From IMG/VR virus record IMGVR_UViG_3300031839_001226, positions 1-57,489 of that record: DNA of 57,489 nt. One strand, written 5' to 3'. This stretch comes from a virus. Lineage: Duplodnaviria > Caudoviricetes. The notes beneath the pieces were generated by a model. That model was given only the letters and a program-made list of their open reading frames with translations. It did no database searches and was not told where the DNA came from. The stretch's first letter is position 1, and every line of letters begins with the position of its first letter. This document shows positions 26,033 to 36,764 of the stretch, in pieces. A program made the translations under genes and the position numbers.

Positions 26033-26502
26033 TCATTTCGATCCGTTCTACTGCGATGCAGAACAGCATGTGGACCGCAGGGAATGGGCAAGGTTCAAGA
26101 CCACGGCAGGCGTCTCTGCCGCGCTTGTTCTCGCGATCATAGGCGGTGTGGTTGTGCTGGCGGGAGCGGTGTCATGAGCGCGAAGACGACAATATCGCAG
26201 ATCGAATGGCACCGCCTAGTTGACGGTGATCCGCCATCAACTGGCCGCTACATTGTAGCACATCGCGGTTGTTCGATGCAGGTGAACTTCAATTCCAGAC
26301 GCCGGGGCATGTGGGATGAGGATGTGTCGGCGTTCACCCATTGGGCAAAGGAGCCTTGTGCGCCAAACGATGGCACGCCAAACCTGCGCAACGCGCGCGG
26401 AAAGGAACTCCGTGACGCCGTAGATGAAGCGGCAGCTTGGGAAGCATTCACACCCAGCCAGGGAGCGGTGTCATGAGCAAGGGAACTGAGACGATGGAAG
26501 CG
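25543..26502 (+). repeat. Second gene-start repeat family
   Basis: 42 bp GGGAGCGGTGTCATGAGCAAGGGAACTGAGACGATGGAAGCG at 25546 and 26461; 21-bp partial copy at 26159. Confidence 0.85.
25558..25959 (+). CDS. Hypothetical phage protein
   Basis: 'KHTPGPW...ANAHLIATAPDMLAALK...AKAEG', a widespread phage motif. Confidence 0.75.
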   Translation: MSKGTETMEAKHTPGPWTIVDREVLEDGGVYPRHIVGGSRELEICWLESLFSAESAVKNPDSIASSDKMMESATDTRSKSANAHLIATAPDMLAALKAMLALRPLSSGESNGLLNEACALAEAAVAKAEGRAS

Positions 26503-26681
26503 GAAACGGAATTGCGCGAGGCATTTGAAGAACAGACGGACCTCGTTGACCGTCTACTCTCGGCGATTGAACGCGCGGAAGAGGACATAGGTGGTGAAAC
26601 AGCCATCACTGTCATCGGCTTACTCGGGCCTTCGTATGAACGCTCCCGTGCTGCCCTTGCCCGCGCTACTGGAGCAACGTC

Positions 26682-26981
26682 ATGACCAAGACAGGCGCAT
26701 ACAAGGCTGTACACGTCGCCATCAGCGAACACATCACCTACTGCGATTCAGTTGTAGGCCGCCTTTATCGGTTGGCTGATGCACTTTCGGTAGTTGGGAT
26801 GGATCGCGTAGCCGATGAGATCGTCGGCATCTGTGAACATCTCCCCATGTCTGCCCGAGAGATACAGAAATGCAACAGCGCGGCCCTCACTGAAAACGTC
26901 CGTCATTCCGAGCATATGGCCGGACTGCTTCTTAAGGCGACGCTTCAAGGCGTTCTAGGACCGAAGGAGAATGCATCATGA
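26682..26981 (+). CDS. Hypothetical early protein
   Basis: GGAG RBS, coupled. Confidence 0.55.
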   Translation: MTKTGAYKAVHVAISEHITYCDSVVGRLYRLADALSVVGMDRVADEIVGICEHLPMSAREIQKCNSAALTENVRHSEHMAGLLLKATLQGVLGPKENAS

Positions 26982-27226
26982 CCCCCGATCGCACACTCTG
27001 GTTTGTCACCAGCATAGAGGACGGCAACGCTGCTGTCTGCACGTCGGAACAACAGGCATTTGATTGCTGGGTTATGAACCCGAGAGACACGGTGATCGAA
27101 ACCAACCCGTTCGAGAACTGGTCTCGCTATGTCCACGATGAATTCGCAGAACGCCTTGAGGGCGAAGAGATAGCCGCCCGTAGCTGGCGGGCTCATGAGC
27201 GGTCGTTTGCAGTGGGGCGTATGTAG
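26978..27226 (+). CDS. Hypothetical early protein
   Basis: AGGAG RBS, coupled. Confidence 0.55.
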   Translation: MTPDRTLWFVTSIEDGNAAVCTSEQQAFDCWVMNPRDTVIETNPFENWSRYVHDEFAERLEGEEIAARSWRAHERSFAVGRM

Positions 27227-28631
27227 CATGCCACGCGCCCGCGATGAAGCCTCAATCCGCTGGCTGGACACATGGACTGGCCGAGAGTTCGAACGCGCTC
27301 TGGACCGTGTCTGTGGCCGCTACAAGGGTATGGATTTCTGGACCGACGAACAGCTTGCCGAGATACGCGCTCAGATGGTTCAGGACGCATGGTTCAGCCA
27401 CCAGATCAATCGACAGAACCGCAGGAGGAAGGTGGCATGAGCGGGATCATTGAACAACTCCGGTTCCGCGCCAAGGCAAAAGGCGACGCCGATCTTCGCG
27501 CGGGACGCAAGGCCCCGACATACGGGCCTGAAAGCGAACTCGAATGGCAAGCCGCAGACCTCCTAGAGAAAGCAGTGAAGGCGCTGGAGCCGTTCGTGGC
27601 GCTGACCTTCACTGGCTCAGTATACGAAGGCGCTGCGGACGAGACGGCGGTTCTATACTGCCACGCAGACGGCAGCCAAGTGACCATTGGCGACTTCCAT
27701 AACGCCCGCGCCACCCTCACCAAGATCAAGGGAGAGTAGACGATGGCAAGGCGTGTCACTGTCCGCTGTGCCCACTGCAATGCGGCGTTTTCTGCGCGGA
27801 CGGTAGATCGTGAGCGCGGGTGGGCAAAGTTCTGCTCAAAGTCATGCAAAGCGCTCAGTCAGGCGCGGCGTTCAGATTATCTCGGAAGCGATGAAGAGCA
27901 TGACGATCTGTGCGCAAATGCCGTCGAAGGCGATGGCTGGGATGCACACAAGGTTTGGAGGTGACCCGATGCGTCTTGAACCCCACGAACTATACGCCCC
28001 ACCCGAGGAAGAACGTGAAGGCCCGATAGCCGTCATTCTCGGCATCGTCGGCATGTTCGGCGGCATCGGATTGGGGATGTTCATCTTCGGGATTTTTGGA
28101 TCATGACAAGCAGGCCACTCAACTACAGCATCCGCATAGAACAGAAGCATTTCGAAGCCATGTCCCGGGTGTTCGACAAGAACCTTCGTGGCGATCCCAT
28201 GCAGGGGTTCTACATCACGATGGCGACCGCGCTCATCATGATAGCAGATGGCCTCGTTGACATCTATGGCGAGGAAGAAGCCCGCCGCCAAATGTCGGAA
28301 GGCGTCGAGCGTGCGTTTCGGCAAGTGCTTGTCGGCGACGGGAACCTATCGTCATGACCATCCACACCCGCCCCCTACACGAACCATCCCCGGCAGACGT
28401 ACAGGATGCATTCCGTATCCTTGCCGATGACTGGAACAGAGAGTGGGAAGCCAAGCGCGAGGATCGTTCCGCCCGGTACATCCCCATGATCCAGGATTGG
28501 CTCGATCACTACGAAGGCTCAATCCGCAGGGCAATGGCCTATCGCAATGAAGGCGATGCCGATGAGGCGGAGAGGCAACTGGACAACGCACGGTTTGCCC
28601 TACGGCAGGCTGAGATACTGAGGAAGCAGAT

Positions 28632-29369
28632 ATGAACATCGCAGTCGCGAAGATAGGCCACAACCGTTCCCCGTTCGAACTCTCGAAAGAACGCATCGAA
28701 GAGCTATACGAGGAAGCGAAGCACTGGCTCGACGGTGAACCGATTGAGACGCAGGAACAGGCGAACGAAGTCCAGAAGCTTCTCCGCATGATCCAAGAGG
28801 CGGAGACGGAAGCCGACGCTCGCCGCAAGGAAGAGGCCAAGCCGCACGACGAAGCGAAGGCCGCGATCCAAGAACGGTACAACACCCTCATCGGGAAGAC
28901 AAAGACCGTCACCGGGTTGACCGTCAAGGCGGTCAAGGCGTGCAAGGATGCACTCGCGCCGTTCCTCATGAAGATCGAGGAAGAGAACGAACGCAGGGCG
29001 GCAGCACTCCGCAAGGAAGCGGAGGAACGCCAGCGCGAGGCCATGGAGGCCATGCAGAAGCGCAACGGCGATCTGGCGGCAGCAGAGAGGGCGGAAGAAC
29101 TCGTTCGCGCTGCCAAGGCCGCAGAGGCGGACGCAAGGCGTGCTGGCAATACCAAGGCGACAGCGAAGGGCGCAGGCCGCGCCGTCACCCTCCGCGACGA
29201 CTACCGCCCGGAGATCACGGACTACACCGCGTTCGCCCGCCATGTGTGGCTGACCCATAGGGAAGACATGGAGGTCTTCCTCGACGGCATGTCTGTGAAA
29301 CTTGTCGCGGCTGGCGTCCACCACGGCATTCCGGGCGTGACCGTCCATCATGAAAGGAAAGCGGTATGA
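28632..29369 (+). CDS. Coiled-coil protein upstream of the recombinase
   Basis: 'IGHN', long helical region, C-terminal 'IPGV'. Confidence 0.7.
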   Translation: MNIAVAKIGHNRSPFELSKERIEELYEEAKHWLDGEPIETQEQANEVQKLLRMIQEAETEADARRKEEAKPHDEAKAAIQERYNTLIGKTKTVTGLTVKAVKACKDALAPFLMKIEEENERRAAALRKEAEERQREAMEAMQKRNGDLAAAERAEELVRAAKAAEADARRAGNTKATAKGAGRAVTLRDDYRPEITDYTAFARHVWLTHREDMEVFLDGMSVKLVAAGVHHGIPGVTVHHERKAV

Positions 29370-30100
29370 GCTTCACCGAACAGCAGATTGCGCAGCTTTC
29401 CGGCAAGTTGGACCCTGCCGCCGTCCGCCCGCCGCAGAAGTTCGGGCCGAAGGGAGACTATCTCGAAGGCTGGTACGTCATCGCGGAAGCAAACCGCATC
29501 TTCGGCTTTGACGGATGGAGCTACGAGTCCCTTGACGTGCGGTGCGTATCGGAAGCCCCACGCAAGATCGGCAGAGACCAAAAGGACGGCTGGGGCGTCA
29601 CCTATACAGCGCGGGTCCGTGTTGTGGTGCATGGAATCGTTCGTGAAGACTGCGGCGCCGGCCATGGCTACGATCTGGACGTTGGGCTCGCCCACGAGAG
29701 CGCGTTGAAGGAGGCGGTCACGGACGCTTTGAAGCGGACGCTACGCACATTCGGCAACCCGTTCGGACTGGCTCTGTACGACAAGACGCGGGCGAATGTC
29801 GGCGTCACGGAACCTGCAACGGAGCCGCAGAAGCCTACCAGCGCGGCCGAGATGAAGCGCGGTCTTGAGCAGATCGACCAAGACCTCGTTGACTGCCACA
29901 CCATCGGCGACGTGGACAAGTGCGCCAAGATATGGGCCGCGCTCATGAAGCGGGATGGCTGGTCGAAAGAGTACATCGATTTCGCCAAGCCGAAGTTCGC
30001 CGCGCGTCGCGATGCGATCAACAAGGCTGGATCGGTGGACGATATCTTCCCCGGCGACGTGAAGACCAACAGTTATGTGCAGAACGTAGGAGCAATGTGA
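29366..30100 (+). CDS. Rad52/Sak-family single-strand annealing protein
   Basis: 'YLEGWYVIAEANRIFGFDGWS', 'REDCGAG', 'ALKEAVTDALKR.LRTFGNPFGLALYDK'. Confidence 0.93.
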   Translation: MSFTEQQIAQLSGKLDPAAVRPPQKFGPKGDYLEGWYVIAEANRIFGFDGWSYESLDVRCVSEAPRKIGRDQKDGWGVTYTARVRVVVHGIVREDCGAGHGYDLDVGLAHESALKEAVTDALKRTLRTFGNPFGLALYDKTRANVGVTEPATEPQKPTSAAEMKRGLEQIDQDLVDCHTIGDVDKCAKIWAALMKRDGWSKEYIDFAKPKFAARRDAINKAGSVDDIFPGDVKTNSYVQNVGAM

Positions 30101-30103
30101 TCT

Positions 30104-30502
30104 ATGAAGGCGATTGTAATCTCTGGACGCTTGGGGAAAGATGCGGAACTTCGTCGCACTCAAGGCGGCGATCCGGTACTATCATTCTCGGTCGCTGTCG
30201 ATGACGGATATGGCGAAGGCAAGCGGACCATGTGGTTCGAATGTTCGGTCTTCGGCAACCGTGCGCAGGCGCTGGAACAGCACCTGAAGAAGGGCACATC
30301 GGTCAGTGTGTCCGGCGCGTTCGGAACCCGTGAGTACGATGGCAAGACGTACCTCCAAATTCGCGTGAATGATGTGACGTTCATAGGCAATGCGCCAGCG
30401 AAAGACGAGCGTCCAGCACCACGCAAGCAGGAGCCGGCGGGCTCGTATGGCATGGCGGATGAACTCTCAGATGAAATCCCGTTCATGATGGAATGGAGGT
30501 AA
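30104..30502 (+). CDS. ssb: Single-stranded DNA-binding protein
   Basis: 'GRLGKDAELR', 'FSVAV', 'LKKG', acidic tail 'DEIPF'. Confidence 0.95.
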   Translation: MKAIVISGRLGKDAELRRTQGGDPVLSFSVAVDDGYGEGKRTMWFECSVFGNRAQALEQHLKKGTSVSVSGAFGTREYDGKTYLQIRVNDVTFIGNAPAKDERPAPRKQEPAGSYGMADELSDEIPFMMEWR

Positions 30503-30504
30503 CG

Positions 30505-30909
30505 ATGGGCCAGTCTACGAACGGCATTCTCGTATACGGCATCGCCTTCGAAGATGAGGACGAACTGCCGGAAAGCCTCTCGTTTCTGGAAGAGTTCGAC
30601 GGGGACTTTGACGAGTATCTGGAGTCTCTAGCCGGCCTTCCGAAGTGGGGCGAACCAGGCCATTCGTTCGAAGCCGTTCGCGCTCATCGCGAGACATGCC
30701 CTGCGGATTTGGTCATGCACTGTTCGGGCGACTTTCCGATGTACATCCTTGCGGTGCGCGGTACTGAAATCACGGCGCACAGGGGCCACGCGGTCGAGAT
30801 CACATCGCTAGACGTTCCCGTCGCCAAGGTAGCCGCGTTCAAGCAATGGTGCGCCGAACGTGGCATCGAAGGCGAGCCGAAGTGGTATCTTTGCAGCATG
30901 TGGAACTGA
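30505..30909 (+). CDS. Hypothetical acidic protein
   Basis: GGAGG RBS before ATG 30505. Confidence 0.6.
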   Translation: MGQSTNGILVYGIAFEDEDELPESLSFLEEFDGDFDEYLESLAGLPKWGEPGHSFEAVRAHRETCPADLVMHCSGDFPMYILAVRGTEITAHRGHAVEITSLDVPVAKVAAFKQWCAERGIEGEPKWYLCSMWN

Positions 30910-30921
30910 CAAGCGGAGACG

Positions 30922-31320
30922 ATGAACGTGGCGCAGACAGTCATCCTAACTGGCGACAGGCAACGGCAGTTTGCCAAGACCCTCATTGACCGGGCGCCGC
31001 AGGATGCTGTCCTGACGATCCGAGAAGCCACGCGCACGAATGACCAGAACGCCCGTCTATGGGCCATGTTGTCCGACGTAAGCCGCGCGAAGCCGGAAGG
31101 ACGTATGTGGCCGCCAGAGACGTGGAAGTGCGCCTTTATGCATGCTCTAGGCCATCAGGTGAAGTTCTGCGAAGGACTGGACGGAACTGGCCCTTTCCCG
31201 CTCGGCTTTCGGTCCTCTCGGCTCACGAAGAAGCAGATGAGCGACCTGATTGAGACGATCTTTGAATACGGTTCCAGGCACGCGGTTGTCTGGACGGAAC
31301 CGGAGCGCGAAGCAGCATGA
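30922..31320 (+). CDS. ninB: NinB/Orf-family recombination protein
   Basis: 'RTNDQNARLWAML.DVSR', 'WK..F', 'SSRLTKKQMSDLIE.I'. Confidence 0.9.
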   Translation: MNVAQTVILTGDRQRQFAKTLIDRAPQDAVLTIREATRTNDQNARLWAMLSDVSRAKPEGRMWPPETWKCAFMHALGHQVKFCEGLDGTGPFPLGFRSSRLTKKQMSDLIETIFEYGSRHAVVWTEPEREAA

Positions 31321-32121
31321 CCGCCCTCACCCGCGACGCTCTCATAGCCTACCGTGCGTCCTTACCATCTCACTCACGGGGAATACGAGTACTGGATGAA
31401 CTGGCAAGACGGCTCACGAATGAAGAGCTGCGGATGGAACTGGAACTGGAACGGGTTGTGGACGATGCGATCCGCGCCGAGATGGAAGAATGCAGGGAAG
31501 GGATGTGAGATGAAGGCCCGCGCCTCACGCGACTACGAGTTCCTTCGCAGGGAACAGCCGCTATCTGGCTTTACGCTCGGCTATGAGCAAAAGGAAGTCT
31601 GGAGAGTGCTGCTGGAAATATCGCCTCGGCAGTCGTTCCTTTCTACGAGAACCTATACGTCATGCACAAGTGCGCAAAGGGCAGCCGATCGGATCAACGA
31701 GAAGGCAGAAGGCCGCCAGTCATGACCTCCCTCATCGCCCTCCTTCTCCTAGCCGGTGAACTATCCCGTACCCCGGAGGGTGTCGTGAAGGGACTATGGC
31801 GCATGTGGAGAAATGGGAGGAAGTGATGACAGAGCCGATGCAAATCAGCGAACTGTTCGCGACAATCATCGACTGGATTGCCTCGAAGGGTGTAGAGGAT
31901 ATTTCCAAATTGCCCGGACTATGGACGGGCGAGACGCCGGAATGGAAAGTCGAAATCAACGGTGTAGGTGGTGAGATTGACGACCTCCCATACCTGCATG
32001 TCCGGCTTAGGCATAAGCGGCTTTTCCAACTTGGCATCATCTCGCCAACGGACGGCGCAATAGGCGGTGGAGCCCGCGAAGATGAGATGATTGAGCATTT
32101 CCGCAGCGAGGCAAAAGCGTC

Positions 32122-32583
32122 GTGAGCCGCCGTGAGTTCACCCGTAATCAGCGCGAAGAGATCGTCGAGCGGGCGAAGAATGAACGTGGCGAAATCTGCT
32201 GCGAACGGTGCCATCTTGCGCTAGGATCGAAGCCATTCGAGATCGACCATACTATCGCGGAAGCGTTGCGTCCAGAAGCCGACAAGAAGGCCAAGATCAC
32301 CATCGCGGAAGGCCAGCTTCTAGGTCGCGACTGCTGCCATAGAGGCGACGACGGCAAGACGAACAAGGACGTGGCGAAAATCGCCAAGGCCAAGCGTCAG
32401 AACGCCGCCCATCTCGGCATCAAGACCGCCCCTCAGAAGCCCCTACAGGGCCGTGGCTTCCCGAAGACAGACAAGCCCAAGACACACCGCCCTTCCCTTC
32501 CCCCACGCTGTATGTACGCCCCTGTAGGAGCACTATGGCCGCAACCGAAACCAGATTGGAATGAGGACCGAAATGGCGATTGA
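32122..32583 (+). CDS. HNH-like zinc-binding nuclease
   Basis: 'RREF', 'CERC', 'EIDH', 'CH...KT.KDV.KIAKAKR'. Confidence 0.75.
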   Translation: MSRREFTRNQREEIVERAKNERGEICCERCHLALGSKPFEIDHTIAEALRPEADKKAKITIAEGQLLGRDCCHRGDDGKTNKDVAKIAKAKRQNAAHLGIKTAPQKPLQGRGFPKTDKPKTHRPSLPPRCMYAPVGALWPQPKPDWNEDRNGD

Positions 32584-33487
32584 GACGAAGACGGATGTAT
32601 GGCCTGAAAAACTCACTCTCCGCGACACCAAGGTCTATGCGGACGAAGGGCAGCGGATATTCACCACTGCCACCGGATATGGATACGAGAAGCAGGAATA
32701 CGTCCGCGCCGACATCGCTTCCCGTCCCTCCATATCGGAGGGTGTGGAGGCGGAGGCGGTGGACGGCGAGGCTCGTGAGTGGCTGATCCGCAAATCGGGC
32801 TACTTCTATCGGCCGAACCGCGCCGGATACACATCGTCCAAGTTCGAAGCTGGCCGCTACACAAAGGCCGACGCCGAGCGTGAAGCCGCAATCGAGCCGT
32901 GGCACATGAAGGCGATCCACGAAAGCGAATGGCCGGACGATGCTCCGAGCGCGGCAGTCTCTCACCACAAGGACCGCATTGCCGCCCTATCGGCGGAACT
33001 TGCCGGGGTGAGGAAGGAGCGGGACGAGGCCCAGCGCCTATTCCAAGCGCGTGACGAGCAACTGACTGCCGAGTTTTCCGTCAGTAGTAAAATGGCACGA
33101 CTTGCGGAGGAAGCCGCAGCCCGCGCGGAGCGCAACTGGAAAAACATGCAGCGCCTTTGGGATTTGGCGCGCGGCGATGATCCGGACGATCTTCTAGACG
33201 ATAGGCCCCGATGCCGTGATTGCGCCGACGAAGATGGCACCTGTCCGCACAGCGGTTTTGCATGCGACCCGCAGACCGGCGCCGAACAACGCATCCGCGC
33301 CCTCGCCTCCCGCGCCACCACCGCCGAGGCGGAAGTCACGAAGGTGCGAGAGGCCCTCGGCGACCTGTTGTCTTGGTTCCCGAAGGAGCCGTCAAAGCCG
33401 GAATGGAGGCTAGAGGCAGGGCCGTCTGGCGCGGATGACGCGGTTGCTCACGCGCGCTCCCTCATCGCAAAGGGAGACCAGTCATGA
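32573..33487 (+). CDS. Mosaic hypothetical protein (Ead/Ea22-like region)
   Basis: Long ORF with 'WLIRKSGYFYRPNRAGYT' module, coiled coil and Cys cluster. Confidence 0.6.
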   Translation: MAIETKTDVWPEKLTLRDTKVYADEGQRIFTTATGYGYEKQEYVRADIASRPSISEGVEAEAVDGEAREWLIRKSGYFYRPNRAGYTSSKFEAGRYTKADAEREAAIEPWHMKAIHESEWPDDAPSAAVSHHKDRIAALSAELAGVRKERDEAQRLFQARDEQLTAEFSVSSKMARLAEEAAARAERNWKNMQRLWDLARGDDPDDLLDDRPRCRDCADEDGTCPHSGFACDPQTGAEQRIRALASRATTAEAEVTKVREALGDLLSWFPKEPSKPEWRLEAGPSGADDAVAHARSLIAKGDQS

Positions 33488-33894
33488 CCCGGATACCCGA
33501 AGAGGCGGTGGAGGCGGCGAAGGCCACGACATTGTGGGCTATCCGCAAGTGGAGGGACAAGCTTACGCCCGAGGAATTGGTCGAAGCGATTTTCGATGCG
33601 CCGCCAATGCAAGAAGCCCTCGCCGCCGCCCTCCCGATGCTCCACCGTGAGGGGGTGGTGGAGGCAACGCACCGGCACAACAAGCGCGGGAGCGAGTACG
33701 TACTGCTCGGCATCGGCAGGATGCAGTCTGCGTATTGGCTCGATGGTTTGGATGAGGAGGGGCGCCTCGTGGACATGCGCGAGGTCGTCATATACCGCAG
33801 CCTTGATGGCGGGTCGTTTTGGGTTCGCCCGCGCGAAGAGTTCGAAGACGGCCGGTTCTCCGCCCTCCGTACTGGAGGCAATGCCAATGGGTAA
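33484..33894 (+). CDS. DUF1653-like domain protein
   Basis: 'HRHNKRGSEY...VVIYRSL.G..WVRP..EF.DGRF'. Confidence 0.65.
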   Translation: MTRIPEEAVEAAKATTLWAIRKWRDKLTPEELVEAIFDAPPMQEALAAALPMLHREGVVEATHRHNKRGSEYVLLGIGRMQSAYWLDGLDEEGRLVDMREVVIYRSLDGGSFWVRPREEFEDGRFSALRTGGNANG

Positions 33895-34349
33895 GCTGAC
33901 AACGAAACTGCTAATGCGCGCTGCCAGATTAGCTGAGCAGAAAGCCAGGATACAGGATGATCTGTCCGAGGCGTTCGTGGAGCGATACGGCACCACATAC
34001 TCTGACGTTGATGCCGATGGCATCATTGACATCCTAGACTATGGCGGCGGCGATATTGACCTCGCTCAATGCGACGCGATCATGACTGAAGCTGGCCATC
34101 CGCCTCTCAGTAGACGCGCCCTCTCTGAGGGAGAAGGCAAATGAGCATCATCATCACGAACGTCTCGCGCCACGAAGGCAACGCTCGCATCAGCGAGTAC
34201 ATCGTGCAGGTCGATGACAGCCCGATCATCGCCAGGTTCAAGCATTGGCGCCGTGATGGGCTTGCTGAGTGCCTACGCCTTGCGGCTACCGCTGTCGATG
34301 AGGCAGAGGCCCGCCGTCGCCCCCTCCCCCGCCAGGAGGACGACGGAAG

Positions 34350-34700
34350 ATGAGCCAGTCGCTACTCTCCCCGGCCGACGCCGCGCGCGTCCTGTGCATT
34401 TCCGACACGCAGCTCCGGGCGCTGACTTGCGCTGGGTCCATCCGGTACATCAATATCGGCTTAGGGGCGAAGCGCGAGACCCGCCGTTACCACCCGGACG
34501 ATCTCGCAGCATTTCAGGAGGCACGGGGATGTCAGTCTACAAACGTCCGGGCGCCGAAGTCTACAGCTACGACTTCCGGTGGCGTGGTAATCGATTTTCG
34601 GGGTCAACCGAATGCAAAACCAAGCGGGAAGCCGAACGCTTCGAGGAAGCCGAGCGGACCCGCGTCAAGTCGGCAGGGATCGACCGAAGCAAACCAATGA
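34350..34700 (+). CDS. xis: Excisionase-like HTH protein
   Basis: 'LLSPADAARVLCIS...LR.L...G.I.YINIG.G.KR..RRY...DL..F', overlapping int. Confidence 0.75.
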   Translation: MSQSLLSPADAARVLCISDTQLRALTCAGSIRYINIGLGAKRETRRYHPDDLAAFQEARGCQSTNVRAPKSTATTSGGVVIDFRGQPNAKPSGKPNASRKPSGPASSRQGSTEANQ

Positions 34701-35623
34701 CGTTCGCGGTCGCGTCAACGCTCTACTGGAACGAGGTCGGCCAGTTTCATCGAAATTCATCCGACACAAAACGCGCTCTTGGCTGGCTGCAAACCAACGT
34801 CGGGATGAACAAGCTCGTATCAGCCATTTCCGACGCCGAGATTGCCCGCCTCGTGGCGAAGCGACGCGGGGACGGTGTTTCCAACGCCACGGTAAATCGA
34901 AGCGTCTGCGAGCCATTGCGGGCCGTTCTGAAGCGGGCGGGGAAAACATGGAAGCAGTCGGTGCAAGACATTGACTGGAGAAGCCACGTCCTTAACGAAT
35001 CCCAGGAGCGGGTTCGGGAAGCTACGCCGGGGGAAGAGACGAAGCTTATAGCAGCGATGCGGCCCGACTACCGGCCGGTCGTGCAGTTCGCCATCCTGAC
35101 AGGCTGCCGGATGAACGAGATACTTGGGCTGAAATGGGCGAAGGTGGATTTCTTCAACCGCCAGTTCACCGTGTTCGGGAAGGGAGACAAATCCCGCACG
35201 ATCCCGATGACGCAAGTGGTCTTCGATCTGTTGACGGCCTTGCGCAAGCATGATGGCCCAGACGTGTTTACCTACCAGGCGACGAAGACGCGCGACGGCA
35301 AGGTGCGCGGCTATCGCTACCCGATCACCGAAAACGGGTTCAAGACGCAGTGGCGCCGGGTGAAGCGGGATTCAGGCGTAGAGGACTTCCGGTTCCACGA
35401 CACGAGGCATACTGCGGCGACGCGACTTGTGCGCGCGACGGGCAACCTCAAGCTCGCTCAGCGGCTTCTCGGACACACGGAAATCGCGACGACATCAAGA
35501 TATGCACATGTCACAGACGCAGACCTCCGCGCAGGGATGGAGGCCGCCAATCCCACGGGAAGTGCCACGAACGTTGCTTCACCCGATGATAAGGCTTTGA
35601 GAAATAACGGTAATGTGGTATGA
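34529..35623 (+). CDS. int: Tyrosine integrase
   Basis: ATG 34529 after AGGAGG; 'TGCR..E', 'GKG.K', 'FHDTRH', 'LGH', 'RYAH'. Confidence 0.95.
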   Translation: MSVYKRPGAEVYSYDFRWRGNRFSGSTECKTKREAERFEEAERTRVKSAGIDRSKPMTFAVASTLYWNEVGQFHRNSSDTKRALGWLQTNVGMNKLVSAISDAEIARLVAKRRGDGVSNATVNRSVCEPLRAVLKRAGKTWKQSVQDIDWRSHVLNESQERVREATPGEETKLIAAMRPDYRPVVQFAILTGCRMNEILGLKWAKVDFFNRQFTVFGKGDKSRTIPMTQVVFDLLTALRKHDGPDVFTYQATKTRDGKVRGYRYPITENGFKTQWRRVKRDSGVEDFRFHDTRHTAATRLVRATGNLKLAQRLLGHTEIATTSRYAHVTDADLRAGMEAANPTGSATNVASPDDKALRNNGNVV

Positions 35624-35633
35624 GGATAACCGT

Positions 35634-35672
35634 TCCCAAACCAGATGCGCTACCAGACTGCGCTACACTCCG
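35634..35672 (-). mobile_element. attP core: 5' half of tRNA-Pro(UGG)
   Basis: CGGAGTGTAGCGCAGTCTGGTAGCGCATCTGGTTTGGGA = acceptor 5' strand, D-arm and anticodon loop; similarity stops after the loop; lies 10 bp from the int stop. Confidence 0.85.
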
Positions 35673-35834
35673 GGCTTTCTCAGCCGTTGATTTCCCTAGT
35701 GATTTGGCTGCTGGAACGCAAGCATTGAATTCGCCGGCAACGGCAAGAACGGAATCTTCGGTATCCAGTGGCGCCAAGCGGGACAAAACTCCCACGCAAA
35801 GTTCCACGGACGTTCCATAGCGAGGAGTAGCAGA

Positions 35835-36362
35835 TTGCCCGCCATCAAGAACCTGCCGGAATGCATCAAAATAGGGCGCACCTGGCGCATCGTACCATTC
35901 AACCCCGTCGAGGCTGCGTGGAACTGGCCGAAGTATGAGGGGAAACGCGCGACGCTGTACGTCGTGGAGTGCGCCGGGTACTTTAAGGTCGGGCTGACTA
36001 CAAACTTCAAGTCGCGACTGAACGCCATAAACTTCGGCACGCCGCTACCGATCCGCAAGGTAAAGACCCGCGAAGTTCCTGCCGCAGGATTAGCATATGC
36101 TGAATCGTGGGTTCATCACCAACTTTCCGACACGCGGGTCAAGGGAGAATGGTTTGCTGCGCCAGAGGCGGATATCCTAGCGCTTCTACCGAAGGCGGGC
36201 ATTCTTGCCGCGCGCTATGAGGAAGAATGCCGTCGCTGGTATTTTGATGAACGCCGACTGATGTCTGACGAGGATAGGGCCAAAGCGAAGGCAGAGGTAG
36301 CTAGGCTTGAAGCCGAACGAAACGAAGCTACGAAATCTATCGAGGCAGCGTTGGCAGCATGA
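35835..36362 (+). CDS. GIY-YIG/T5orf172-domain protein
   Basis: 'LYVV....YFKVGLTTN..SRL', 'E..VH','GEWF'. Confidence 0.8.
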   Translation: MPAIKNLPECIKIGRTWRIVPFNPVEAAWNWPKYEGKRATLYVVECAGYFKVGLTTNFKSRLNAINFGTPLPIRKVKTREVPAAGLAYAESWVHHQLSDTRVKGEWFAAPEADILALLPKAGILAARYEEECRRWYFDERRLMSDEDRAKAKAEVARLEAERNEATKSIEAALAA

Positions 36363-36449
36363 TCCGCCGCGCCGAGTCCGCCGGCATTCCGGTTCGCCGC
36401 GTTCCCCCGAGACAGCATCGGTCCGCAAATGCCGTAACCAAAGGAGAAA

Positions 36450-36764
36450 ATGATGGAAACTACCCATACGAATCGAGGTTTCTGCATTAGCAAGTTCTTG
36501 GATGCGAATGGCGTTGATTGCTCTGTTCAAGAAAGTAGCATCATGGCGGATGAAGGCCATATCTGGCTTGGCTGTAGCGAAATCGGGTTGAAGAAGTTCA
36601 CCCCATACAAGGGATGGGAAGACGTGCCTTTGGAGCAAGATGCTCCTTATGGTGTAACGCACAGCGCTAATACGCGAATGCACCTTTCTCAGTCGCATGT
36701 CGCGGAGTTGTTGCCGGTGCTGGCATACTTTGTTGAGCACGGATCATTGCCAGAGCGCACATAA
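36450..36764 (+). CDS. Hypothetical phage protein
   Basis: 'TNRGF...F.D..G..CS.QESS.....IWLG...RMHL', AGGAG RBS. Confidence 0.7.
   Translation: MMETTHTNRGFCISKFLDANGVDCSVQESSIMADEGHIWLGCSEIGLKKFTPYKGWEDVPLEQDAPYGVTHSANTRMHLSQSHVAELLPVLAYFVEHGSLPERT

Noticed and set aside
34214-34528. N-terminal extension of the integrase to 469 aa
   Set aside because: It overlaps upstream genes; AGGAGG plus ATG at 34529 gives a typical integrase N-terminus
35634-35672. Complete tRNA-Pro gene
   Set aside because: The 3' anticodon stem, T-arm and acceptor 3' strand are absent; interpreted as the att core
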